Source of the DNA: an uncultured Candidatus Saccharibacteria bacterium
Lineage (GTDB): Bacteria > Patescibacteriota > Minisyncoccia > Phycocordibacterales > Phycocordibacteraceae
Direction: 5' to 3'
Length of the DNA stretch: 38,339 nt
Assembly: GCA_964455225.1 (NCBI GenBank)
Contig: CAYVUT010000001.1
Span: forward strand, 18,247 to 56,585
Below are positions 6,809 to 13,453 of this stretch, one piece after another. Within the stretch, counting starts at the first letter, position 1. The number at the start of each line of letters is the position of its first letter. The position numbers and the translations under genes are program-made. The notes beneath the pieces are model-generated. The model was not told the DNA's origin and made no database searches. It saw only the letters and a program-made list of their open reading frames with translations.

Positions 6809-8217
6809 ATGCGACTCGTCTCATCCGGCGAATCTTCTTTCTGATCCTTGCTTTGAGTGCGTGGACGTTTGCGCCAGCTACTGCAGCCGCGGCAACGATC
6901 TATCTCTCGCCCGCAAGCGGCACGCACGCCGTCGGTACCACATTTTCCGTGCAGGTGCAGATGAACACCGAAGGGAAGGCGATCAACACGGGAGAAATCA
7001 CCGTTTCGTATACCGCGGGCACGCTTGAGCTCGTGCGCGCTTCTCAGGGATCCACCTTCACGCTCGCTACTCCTGGTTCGCCGCGCGCCTCAGGCGGTAC
7101 GGTCTACTTTGGCGGCGGGATACCGAACCCGGGATACACCGGCTCAAGCGGCACGCTCGGCACGCTCGTCTTCCGGGTGAAAGCGCCAGGAAAAGGCGTC
7201 GTCTCTCTTTCAGACGGCAAGGCGCTCTTGAATGATGGTTTCGGAACGGACGCATTCTCGCGCGCAACCGGCGGGGAATACACGCTCGTTTCTTCGGGTG
7301 CTCCCGAGCCGCTCCCAGTAACGAAAGGTGCGCCCGTCATCTCTTCGCCGACGCACCCGAACCAGAGCACCTGGTACGCAACTTCTTCGCCCGTATTCGT
7401 GTGGACGCTTCCGAGTGGCGCTGACGCGGTGAGCTTCGAGTTCGATCAGAAGAAAGATACGGCGCCCGACGGTGTCGCAGAGGAGGTTGATGGCGGGAGT
7501 ACGCAGTATGCGCCTGTCACGGATGGCGTCTGGTACTTCCACCTGCGCGCTCGCTCGAGCGGCTCGTTCGGCCCCACCGCGCACTACCGCATCCAGGTAG
7601 ACACCACGCCGCCGGAGCCGTTCTCGCTCTCGATCGTGACTGATATAGAAGGAACGCCCACGGTCAGTTTCGAGACCACTGACACGCCGTCCGGGGTTGC
7701 CCGCTACGAGGTGGCGGTCGACAATTTGGTGGTCGAGAAGAGTGCTACGTCGACCATGAAGATTTCCTCTATCTCGCGCGGCCGGCACATGATCTCCGTG
7801 CTAGCATATGACTATGCGGGAAATCTTCGTGCCGCGCGCACCACGATATTCGTAGATAAAAGCGTTATGGTATCGCTCACGCTCATCACTCTGCTGCTCC
7901 TCTTGAATCTCCTCATCACGATCCTGCTCCTGATCCTTATCTGGCTTGAGGTGCAGGATAGGAAGCGCCGCGCACCGCTCTCGCAGAGGGTGAAGCGCGC
8001 GCAGCGCGATATCGACGATCGCCTTGAGGCGCTTCGCGATGAGGCGCGTAACCGGCTCTCCACCATCTCGGATGTGCCCGCCAAAGACATCGTCGAGAAA
8101 GAGCAGACACTCGAAGACGAGATGACGCACATCCTTGAAGATGCGAAGATAAGCATCGATAAGACCATCGCTTCGCTCGGCCCGGTTCCCGAAAAAGACA
8201 AGGCAAAAGAGGAATAA
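6805..8217 (+). CDS. Cohesin-like surface protein, C-terminal membrane anchor plus charged cytoplasmic tail (paralog 2)
   Basis: ATGA overlap with the previous stop (6805-6808). Signal peptide ILALSAWTFAPATAAA|A. Cohesin-like domain GTTFSVQVQMNTEGKAINTGEITVSYTAGTLELV...GTLGTLVFRVKAPGKGVVSL. Shared middle module (HPNQSTWY, DGVWYFHLRA, VDTTPPEPF, SGVARYEV, AYDYAGN). TM helix SLTLITLLLLLNLLITILLLILIWL, then an ~89-aa Lys/Glu/Asp/Arg-rich tail. Confidence 0.8.
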   Translation: MNATRLIRRIFFLILALSAWTFAPATAAAATIYLSPASGTHAVGTTFSVQVQMNTEGKAINTGEITVSYTAGTLELVRASQGSTFTLATPGSPRASGGTVYFGGGIPNPGYTGSSGTLGTLVFRVKAPGKGVVSLSDGKALLNDGFGTDAFSRATGGEYTLVSSGAPEPLPVTKGAPVISSPTHPNQSTWYATSSPVFVWTLPSGADAVSFEFDQKKDTAPDGVAEEVDGGSTQYAPVTDGVWYFHLRARSSGSFGPTAHYRIQVDTTPPEPFSLSIVTDIEGTPTVSFETTDTPSGVARYEVAVDNLVVEKSATSTMKISSISRGRHMISVLAYDYAGNLRAARTTIFVDKSVMVSLTLITLLLLLNLLITILLLILIWLEVQDRKRRAPLSQRVKRAQRDIDDRLEALRDEARNRLSTISDVPAKDIVEKEQTLEDEMTHILEDAKISIDKTIASLGPVPEKDKAKEE

Positions 8218-8247
8218 GAAGGGCGGTGCGTGTAGAGAAAAATGAAC

Positions 8248-8270
8248 CCGCGCACCCTTTGGGTGCGCGG
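8248..8270. terminator. Bidirectional terminator between convergent genes
   Basis: ccgcgcaccc-ttt-gggtgcgcgg. The minus-strand reading is followed by TTCATTTTTCTC and the plus-strand reading by TGTCGTTGTG. Confidence 0.65.
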
Positions 8271-8280
8271 TGTCGTTGTG

Positions 8281-8652
8281 TCAGTGGATAATGGCGCTCT
8301 TGGTGAGGTCAATCGCCTCATCTTCCATGCGTGCCTTCTGGAGAAACGTTATCGGCTGTTCGTTCTCTTGGCCTTGTGGGACGGCGAATCTCAAGTCGTA
8401 CGCCCTGAGAAACAGATTTATGAACTCGGTCGATTCCACAAGCGATTGATTAAACCGTTCTTGGTACGCATGCGCGAGCGCGATCCCGAGAGTCGTCGGC
8501 CGCCTGCCGACTCGGTAGTCATACAGGAGCCGGTCGCGTTGCTCTTTCGTGATCTTCACCCGGTAGTGTTCGGCCTCGTTGCTCGTCTTGTCGATGATAG
8601 TAGCTGTAATGAACAGTGCTTCTTCGTGCTCAAACGCTCGGCGTGTCGCCAC
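8281..8652 (-). CDS. Hypothetical protein (123 aa) immediately downstream of ssrA
   Basis: The ORF runs 8281..8739, but ATG 8739 lies in the loop of the ssrA terminator. GTG 8652 is preceded by a strong AGGAGGTG (8659-8666, minus strand) at 6 nt. The product MATRRAFEHEEALFITATIIDKTSNEAEHYRVKITKEQRDRLLYDY... matches no family I recognise. The plus-strand ORF 8242..8757 looks like a shadow. Confidence 0.55.
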   Translation of the reverse strand: MATRRAFEHEEALFITATIIDKTSNEAEHYRVKITKEQRDRLLYDYRVGRRPTTLGIALAHAYQERFNQSLVESTEFINLFLRAYDLRFAVPQGQENEQPITFLQKARMEDEAIDLTKSAIIH

Positions 8653-8719
8653 GATACACCTCCTATGCGGGGCACTCCTGCACATAGCGTACCATACGCT
8701 GACGCATTCCCGCCTGCGC

Positions 8720-8753
8720 TGAAAAGCAAAATCGCCCATAAAGGGCGATTTTG
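8720..8753 (-). terminator. Rho-independent terminator of ssrA
   Basis: Minus strand reads caaaatcgccc-tttat-gggcgattttg followed by CTTTTC, starting 9 nt after the tmRNA 3' end. Confidence 0.7.
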
Positions 8754-8761
8754 TTGAATCA

Positions 8762-9167
8762 TGGAGGCGGGGGGAATTGAACCCCCGTCCGAATCTGGCT
8801 TAGAAAGCGCTTCTACGACGCATAGTCCCGATTAGGGTTTAGAAGAGGGTGCGAGGAATCAGGACGAAACCACTCCTCTTCGATCCCGAGATTGAAGCGG
8901 GCCGGATGGGCGTCCGGTCGCCGAACCCACAGAAGATTCCGCCCGCCCTTTCGCTGTGAGTGCCGAGAGAGGGAAGACGTCGCTTAGGCGAAAGCGCGTT
9001 ATGCGCGTGCGTAAGCGAACGCGAAGTCAGACATACCGAAGTACGGGGACTTCACGCTTGCAAGAGTATTCTTTGCAAGTATGGTGCTTCATGGATTTAC
9101 GTGGCATTGAAGCGTGCACGGCGTCGCGCGTCTTTCAAAGTACAGACCGTCAAGGCCGGTCACCCCC
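8762..9167 (-). ncRNA. ssrA: tmRNA (SsrA), one-piece, CCA not encoded
   Basis: The minus strand begins GGGGGTGACCGGCCTTGACGG and ends GGACGGGGGTTCAATTCCCCCCGCCTCCA. The 7-bp acceptor stem GGGGGUG/CGCCUCC includes the G3-U pair needed for alanylation. The T-arm is GGGGG-TTCAATT-CCCCC. smpB lies directly upstream. A candidate tag ORF sits about 81-116 nt from the 5' end, followed by a UUCG-capped helix. Confidence 0.9.
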
Positions 9168-9214
9168 GGAGAGAAGACGAGCGGATGCTCATCTGCTTTC
9201 CGTGATTGATCGCG

Positions 9215-9658
9215 CTAGCGGTGCTTGAGGGCGCGGGCAGTTTCCCGTGCCGCATCTTTCTTCTTCAGGTCTTCTCGCTTGTCGGCTTTGCCTTTGCCGC
9301 GCACGACCGCGATCTTAACCTTCAGATATCTTTTATTATTATACACCTCAAGTGGCACTATTGTCAACCCCTTTGCGGATTCGGCGTCAGCGATGATGTC
9401 GATCTCTTTCTTCGAGAGCAACAGGCGGCGCGGGCGCTCGGGGTCATAGTCTTTCGCGGTGTTCGCTGCTTGGTATGGCGGTATCGTCATGCCGACGAGA
9501 AAGGCCTCGCGCCCGCGCACGAGGACGCGTGACCCGTCGAGTGACCCGTTTTTCGCGCGGAGCGCTTTCACTTCACCTCCCGTGAGCTCGATACCCGCAG
9601 TCATCGCCTCGATGACTGCGAATCGCAGGAGCGCCTTTTTGTTTTCGATGAGAGCCAT
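9215..9658 (-). CDS. smpB: SsrA-binding protein SmpB
   Basis: The 147-aa product is typical of SmpB: IENKKA..., GIELTGGEVKALR, FLVGMTIPPY, RPRRLLLSKKEI, GLTIVPLEVY and a basic C-terminal tail. It is adjacent to ssrA. Confidence 0.93.
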   Translation of the reverse strand: MALIENKKALLRFAVIEAMTAGIELTGGEVKALRAKNGSLDGSRVLVRGREAFLVGMTIPPYQAANTAKDYDPERPRRLLLSKKEIDIIADAESAKGLTIVPLEVYNNKRYLKVKIAVVRGKGKADKREDLKKKDAARETARALKHR

Positions 9659-9660
9659 AC

Positions 9661-10500
9661 CTATTTATTGATACCAAGGAATGCCTCGATCTCCGCTCGC
9701 TTGTCGATGACGTCGTCGTGACCCATCTGGTATGCCTCCGCCACCTTGCGTCTCGTGCGGGTGACGAGTCCGGTCGGCAAAGGGTACGAGGGGCCGATGA
9801 CCATGATCTCAACGCCGCCCGGGATGTGATCCCACTCTGCTCTCCGGATGTCTCGCATGATGAGCTGGCGCAGCATAGGGGGCGAGAATGTGGCGTACCA
9901 ACGCATGAGAAAGGCGTTCAGGGGCGGGGTGTAGGTGGTGTTTGCCAGGCAGAGGATTTTCGTTGCGCCGGCCTCGTGCGCTTGCTTGAGAAGTGCGGCC
10001 ATGTTCGCCGAGACGCCGCCGTCGATGTAGGGACGCATGCCGAGCCGGACCGCGCCGCCGTAGAGGAAGGGAAGCGCTTTTGCTGCGCGCATCACCTCAT
10101 ACGGGTCGAGCCAGAACTCGTTCGTTACGTAGTGGGTGTGGCCGGTCTCAAGATCCGTAACCGGTACGAACCAGCGCGTTTTGGTCTTGTCGAGCGCCGC
10201 CTCATTAAGCGGGAGCTCGCGGCGGAGAATGGTGTCGATCAGGTAGTCGAGATTGAGTTTCGGCGGGAAGATGGTCGCCACTTCAGGCGAGGGGATATAG
10301 CGGAGCCAGAGCCGCTCGATATCTTCGGTCTGTCCGGCAAGGTAATAGAGCATGTTGCCCACAGAACCAGAGGCGGCGACGAAAATGTCCGGCTCCTTGA
10401 TGCCGAGCTTCTTCGTGAGCGCCACGAGCGCCCCTGCGCCGTATGCGCATTTCATTCCGCCGCCCGAGGTTACGATAGCGATTTTCTCTTCTTTCGGCAT
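9661..10500 (-). CDS. Patatin-like phospholipase family protein
   Basis: Oxyanion motif TSGGGMKCAYGAG, a nucleophile-elbow variant AASGSVG and the Asp motif YIDGGVSAN. The ORF track starts at GTG 10518. ATG 10500 (MPKEEKIAIV...) is preferred because TATAAT lies 7 nt upstream. The stop is 2 nt before the smpB start. Confidence 0.8.
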   Translation of the reverse strand: MPKEEKIAIVTSGGGMKCAYGAGALVALTKKLGIKEPDIFVAASGSVGNMLYYLAGQTEDIERLWLRYIPSPEVATIFPPKLNLDYLIDTILRRELPLNEAALDKTKTRWFVPVTDLETGHTHYVTNEFWLDPYEVMRAAKALPFLYGGAVRLGMRPYIDGGVSANMAALLKQAHEAGATKILCLANTTYTPPLNAFLMRWYATFSPPMLRQLIMRDIRRAEWDHIPGGVEIMVIGPSYPLPTGLVTRTRRKVAEAYQMGHDDVIDKRAEIEAFLGINK

Positions 10501-10507
10501 GTGTTCG

Positions 10508-10513
10508 ATTATA
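10508..10513 (-). promoter_or_regulatory. -10 box TATAAT (minus strand), 7 nt before ATG 10500
   Basis: Minus strand reads gga-TATAAT-cgaacac-ATG. Confidence 0.45.
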
Positions 10514-10545
10514 TCCACAAAAAGGAAAAAAGGCGCGGATTCTGT

Positions 10546-10551
10546 TATACT
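10546..10551 (+). promoter_or_regulatory. Extended -10 box TGtTATACT, 9 nt before ftsH ATG 10561
   Basis: tcTGtTATACT-tcccgcact-ATG. Divergent from the patatin promoter 33 nt away. Confidence 0.5.
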
Positions 10552-10560
10552 TCCCGCACT

Positions 10561-12504
10561 ATGGCACCGGAGCGCAACAAAAAACCTAAGGCAAAAAAAG
10601 ACACACCATCTCCGAAAGGAGGCGGTCCGAATCTCCCGTTTTTCGGCAAACCGTCATTCCTCGGCAATCTGCTCACCACGTTCCTCATCTTCCTGCTTCT
10701 CATGAGCGCGTATTCGCTCGCGACCGATTTTGGTACGCGCATCGAGGAGATACCGCTCTCGCAGGTGGCGCGGGATGTCGCCGCCGGCGAAGTGAAGAGC
10801 ATCACCGTGCATGGCGAGACGCTCAAGCTCGTGTATGCGGATGAGACAGAGCGCAAATCGCGCAAAGATCCTGCGGCTGGGCTTCCCGAGACGCTTACCT
10901 CATATGGCGTTACCGCCGAAGCACTTTCAAAAGTCGCCTTCACTATTGAAGGACAGTCAGGATTCCTGTACTGGTTCCTTGAGCTCGCACCGATCCTGCT
11001 CCCGGTATTCTTCATCGTGTTCCTCTTCTGGTTCTTGTCGCGGCAAGTGAAGGGTGCTGGCATGCAGGCGTTCACGTTCGGACAATCGAAGGCACGCGTG
11101 ATCGATCCGGCAGATACGACGCAGCGCGTGACGTTTGCGGACATCGCGGGCGCACGCGAAGCAAAAGAGGAACTGGTCGAGATCGTGGACTTCCTCAAGA
11201 ATCCGAAGAAGTTTCTTGATATCGGCGCACGTATCCCCAAGGGCATCATCCTCATGGGTGCGCCAGGTACCGGAAAGACCCTGCTTGCGCGTGCGGTCGC
11301 TGGTGAGGCGGGCGTGCCGTTCTTCTCCATTTCCGGATCCGAGTTCGTCGAGATGTTTGTCGGTGTCGGCGCGTCTCGCGTACGCGATCTCTTCCAGCTC
11401 GCAAAGAAAAGCGCGCCGGCGATCATTTTCGTAGACGAGATAGACGCGGTCGGCCGCGTGCGCGGCAGCGGTGTCGGGGGCGGGAACGACGAGCGTGAGC
11501 AGACCCTGAACCAGATCCTCGTCGAGATGGACGGATTCGAGCCGACGGAGAAGGTGATCGTGATGGCCGCAACGAACCGCCCTGACGTGCTTGACCCGGC
11601 ACTGCTTCGCCCTGGCCGCTTCGACAGGCGTGTCACTATCGATCCGCCCGACCGGAAGGATCGCGAGGAGATCCTCAAGATTCATGCGCGCAAGAAGCCG
11701 CTCGGTCCTGACGTGAACCTTGCAGTCGTCGCGGAGCGCACCCCAGGCTTCTCGGGCGCTGAGCTCTATTCGCTCATGAACGAGGGCGCGATACTTGCCG
11801 CTCGCGAGAATCGCAAGGAGGTCACACAGTACGACCTCATCCGTTCCATCGAGAAGGTGATGCTCGGTCCTGAGCGGAAGAGTCACCTGCTCTCGAAGAA
11901 AGAAAAGGAGCTCACGGCGTATCACGAAGCGGGCCACGCACTCGTCTCCTCGGTGCTCGAATATGCCGATCCGGTGCATAAGATTTCCATCATCAGCCGT
12001 GGCAGGGCTGCCGGGTATACGCTGAAGCTCCCGTTTGAAGACAAGAAGATGCAGTCCAGGAAGCAGTTCCTCGATGACATTGCCGCAACGCTTGGCGGAT
12101 ATGTCGCTGAAGAAATGGTTTTCGGCGATGTGACGACCGGTCCTTCAAACGACCTGGCGGTCATCACGGCGCTCGCGCGCGACATGGTGGCGCGCTATGG
12201 CATGTCGGAGAAGCTCGGGCCGATCGCGTTTGGCGAGCGAGAGATGGGCCGCGAGCCATTCTCTGAAGCGGTGGCTGCAAAGATCGATGCCGAAGTGGAG
12301 CGCATCATTGACGAAGCTAAGGCACGCGCCCGCACCACGCTCGAGGGAAATCGTCCAGCGCTCGACGCGATCGCGAAAGAGCTTGTCGAGAAGGAGACTA
12401 TCGAGCGCGACGAGTTCGAGAAGCTTTTGATCGCAAACGGCATTACGCCGAAGAAAAAAGAAGAGGAGGGAATCACGATCGCTCCTTCAAACGGGGTTGC
12501 GTGA
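10561..12504 (+). CDS. ftsH: ATP-dependent zinc metalloprotease FtsH
   Basis: Two N-terminal TM helices. Walker [24 protein letters not shown], Walker [13 protein letters not shown] motif [19 protein letters not shown] and the zinc site HEAGHAL. The ORF-track start 9718 is an antisense extension over the patatin gene. Confidence 0.96.
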   Translation: MAPERNKKPKAKKDTPSPKGGGPNLPFFGKPSFLGNLLTTFLIFLLLMSAYSLATDFGTRIEEIPLSQVARDVAAGEVKSITVHGETLKLVYADETERKSRKDPAAGLPETLTSYGVTAEALSKVAFTIEGQSGFLYWFLELAPILLPVFFIVFLFWFLSRQVKGAGMQAFTFGQSKARVIDPADTTQRVTFADIAGAREAKEELVEIVDFLKNPKKFLDIGARIPKGIILMGAPGTGKTLLARAVAGEAGVPFFSISGSEFVEMFVGVGASRVRDLFQLAKKSAPAIIFVDEIDAVGRVRGSGVGGGNDEREQTLNQILVEMDGFEPTEKVIVMAATNRPDVLDPALLRPGRFDRRVTIDPPDRKDREEILKIHARKKPLGPDVNLAVVAERTPGFSGAELYSLMNEGAILAARENRKEVTQYDLIRSIEKVMLGPERKSHLLSKKEKELTAYHEAGHALVSSVLEYADPVHKISIISRGRAAGYTLKLPFEDKKMQSRKQFLDDIAATLGGYVAEEMVFGDVTTGPSNDLAVITALARDMVARYGMSEKLGPIAFGEREMGREPFSEAVAAKIDAEVERIIDEAKARARTTLEGNRPALDAIAKELVEKETIERDEFEKLLIANGITPKKKEEEGITIAPSNGVA

Positions 12505-12510
12505 TTATAA

Positions 12511-12538
12511 AAACCGCCGCGCGAATGCGCGGCGGTTT
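12511..12538. terminator. Bidirectional rho-independent terminator
   Basis: aaaccgccgcgc-gaat-gcgcggcggttt, with an A-tract 5' and a T-tract 3'. Confidence 0.85.
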
Positions 12539-12562
12539 GTGTTGGTTGCCACCATCGAAGAC

Positions 12563-12694
12563 CTAGATCTTCGTGGTGGAGCCGGTGATGCCGCCCTTGG
12601 TCTTGTCGGGGCCGTCCGAGACCATCGTCGTGATGCCTTTGTCGATGATGGACTTCTCATCCGACCAGGGCAGTTCACTCACGAATCCGTCCAT
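12563..12694 (-). CDS. Candidate 43-aa small protein
   Basis: Too short for the ORF track. GGAG lies 6 nt before ATG 12694. The product is MDGFVSELPWSDEKSIIDKGITTMVSDGPDKTKGGITGSTTKI*. It has its own promoter (12773-12800) and ends at the 12511-12538 terminator. The frame stays open upstream to about 12790 with no ATG, so this could also be a gene remnant. Confidence 0.3.
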   Translation of the reverse strand: MDGFVSELPWSDEKSIIDKGITTMVSDGPDKTKGGITGSTTKI

Positions 12695-12772
12695 GTGCTT
12701 CTCCGTGTTATGCGTCGCCACCCATGTGACGTCCTCCTGCTCGAACCGGTCTTGGCCGAGCTTCCAGAAATA

Positions 12773-12800
12773 AGCATAGGGTATTCGTGTCGCGGGTCAA
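12773..12800 (-). promoter_or_regulatory. Sigma70-type promoter TTGACC-N16-TATGCT (minus strand)
   Basis: Minus strand reads TTGACC (12800-12795), a 16-nt spacer, then TATGCT (12778-12773). It lies just downstream of the 12812-12850 terminator. Confidence 0.5.
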
Positions 12801-12811
12801 TAGAGCGTATT

Positions 12812-12850
12812 GCAAAAACAAGAGCCGCGTCCTCCCTGGACTGCGGCTCT
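12812..12850 (-). terminator. Rho-independent terminator of the 12860..13267 gene
   Basis: Minus strand reads agagccgc-a-gtcc-aggga-ggac-gcggctct followed by TGTTTTTG. Confidence 0.75.
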
Positions 12851-12859
12851 GCGCCTTAC

Positions 12860-13267
12860 TCAAACAACTTTTTGTTGCAGCGTTATTGTTTTTCCGGCAA
12901 GCGTGCGAATCGAGTGCTTATATTTCTGGAACAGCTCCTCGACGACTTCTTCAAGCTTGTCGGGCGGGAACGCGAGCGCTCTCTCCGTCTCGATCTGGCA
13001 CAGGTCATCTCGCGCGCCGCCAGGAGTCCTGGTGGCGCTGAAGATTATCGCGCTAGTCCACGGGTTCACGTTCTCACCGAACCTGATCTCAAACGTTGCG
13101 ACCGGACGGAGCATCTGTTCCGGGTCGCATGTATGAGGCCAGAGCCGGAGCAAGCATTCGATACGCGCCAGCATTCCACCAAGAGACGAACCTCCTGCTT
13201 TGCCGAACGTTTCAATGCGTGAGTCGTATTTACCCTTCTCAAACACCGTATACAAACGAATTCCCAT
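12860..13267 (-). CDS. Hypothetical protein (135 aa)
   Basis: The ORF track starts at TTG 13300; the first ATG is 13267 (MGIRLYTVFEKGKYDSRIETFGK...). The composition is protein-like, the gene has its own terminator, and I recognise no family. The overlapping plus-strand 241-aa ORF is Arg-rich shadow. Confidence 0.55.
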   Translation of the reverse strand: MGIRLYTVFEKGKYDSRIETFGKAGGSSLGGMLARIECLLRLWPHTCDPEQMLRPVATFEIRFGENVNPWTSAIIFSATRTPGGARDDLCQIETERALAFPPDKLEEVVEELFQKYKHSIRTLAGKTITLQQKVV

Positions 13268-13410
13268 TGCGTGTACCCCCCGTACCCTGCTTCCTGGCAA
13301 TCAGGAAACTTCCGAAGAGTAGCGTAGCAGAGGTGCCAGGCTGCCGCAAACGGTGTAGAGTAATTTCACCGCGCCCGTATGGACATACCATACGGCCGGT
13401 TCGTTCGGCG

Positions 13411-13443
13411 AAAAAGAATACGAAAGGTTCTTCGATTCTTTTT
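13411..13443. terminator. A/T-flanked hairpin (bidirectional terminator-like) 10 nt upstream of tRNA-Ile
   Basis: aaaaagaat-a-cgaa-aggttc-ttcg-attcttttt. It reads as stem plus T5 on both strands. Confidence 0.45.
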
Positions 13444-13453
13444 ACCTCACTCA

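Noticed and set aside
8242-8757. A plus-strand 171-aa ORF between the cohesin gene and ssrA.
   Set aside because: It would have to read through the bidirectional terminator and the ssrA terminator. The minus-strand frame has a strong SD plus GTG and more protein-like composition.
8956-9228. Small ORFs (81-90 aa) lying over the tmRNA. The same applies to ORFs at 23770..24125 over RNase P RNA, 18904..19176 over tRNA-Ser, 31003..31377 over tRNA-Arg and 32123..32777 over tRNA-Phe.
   Set aside because: These regions are explained by well-supported structural RNA genes, and the ORFs have no start signals.
9718-10560. The 928-aa ORF-track version of ftsH, which starts at 9718.
   Set aside because: The first 281 codons are antisense to the patatin-like gene and are Arg/Gly-rich shadow sequence. 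Recognisable FtsH sequence begins at ATG 10561, which has its own -10 box.
10545-11979. Two long antisense ORFs (377 aa and 340 aa) inside ftsH.
   Set aside because: These are typical high-GC shadow ORFs, Arg/Ser/Pro-rich with no motifs. The opposite strand encodes an unmistakable FtsH.
12497-13222. A plus-strand 241-aa ORF that starts inside the ftsH stop region.
   Set aside because: It crosses two terminators and a promoter and is Arg-rich. The minus strand offers better-supported genes.
13268-13330. A resemblance to SRP (4.5S) RNA on the minus strand. It includes ACGCTACTCT, identical to a stretch of E. coli 4.5S RNA, followed by CCAGGAAGCAG.
   Set aside because: I could not build the full SRP helix-8 structure (symmetric and asymmetric loops plus a GNRA tetraloop) or the long closing helix. 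The segment also abuts a coding start. The whole spacer is kept only as a candidate structured region.
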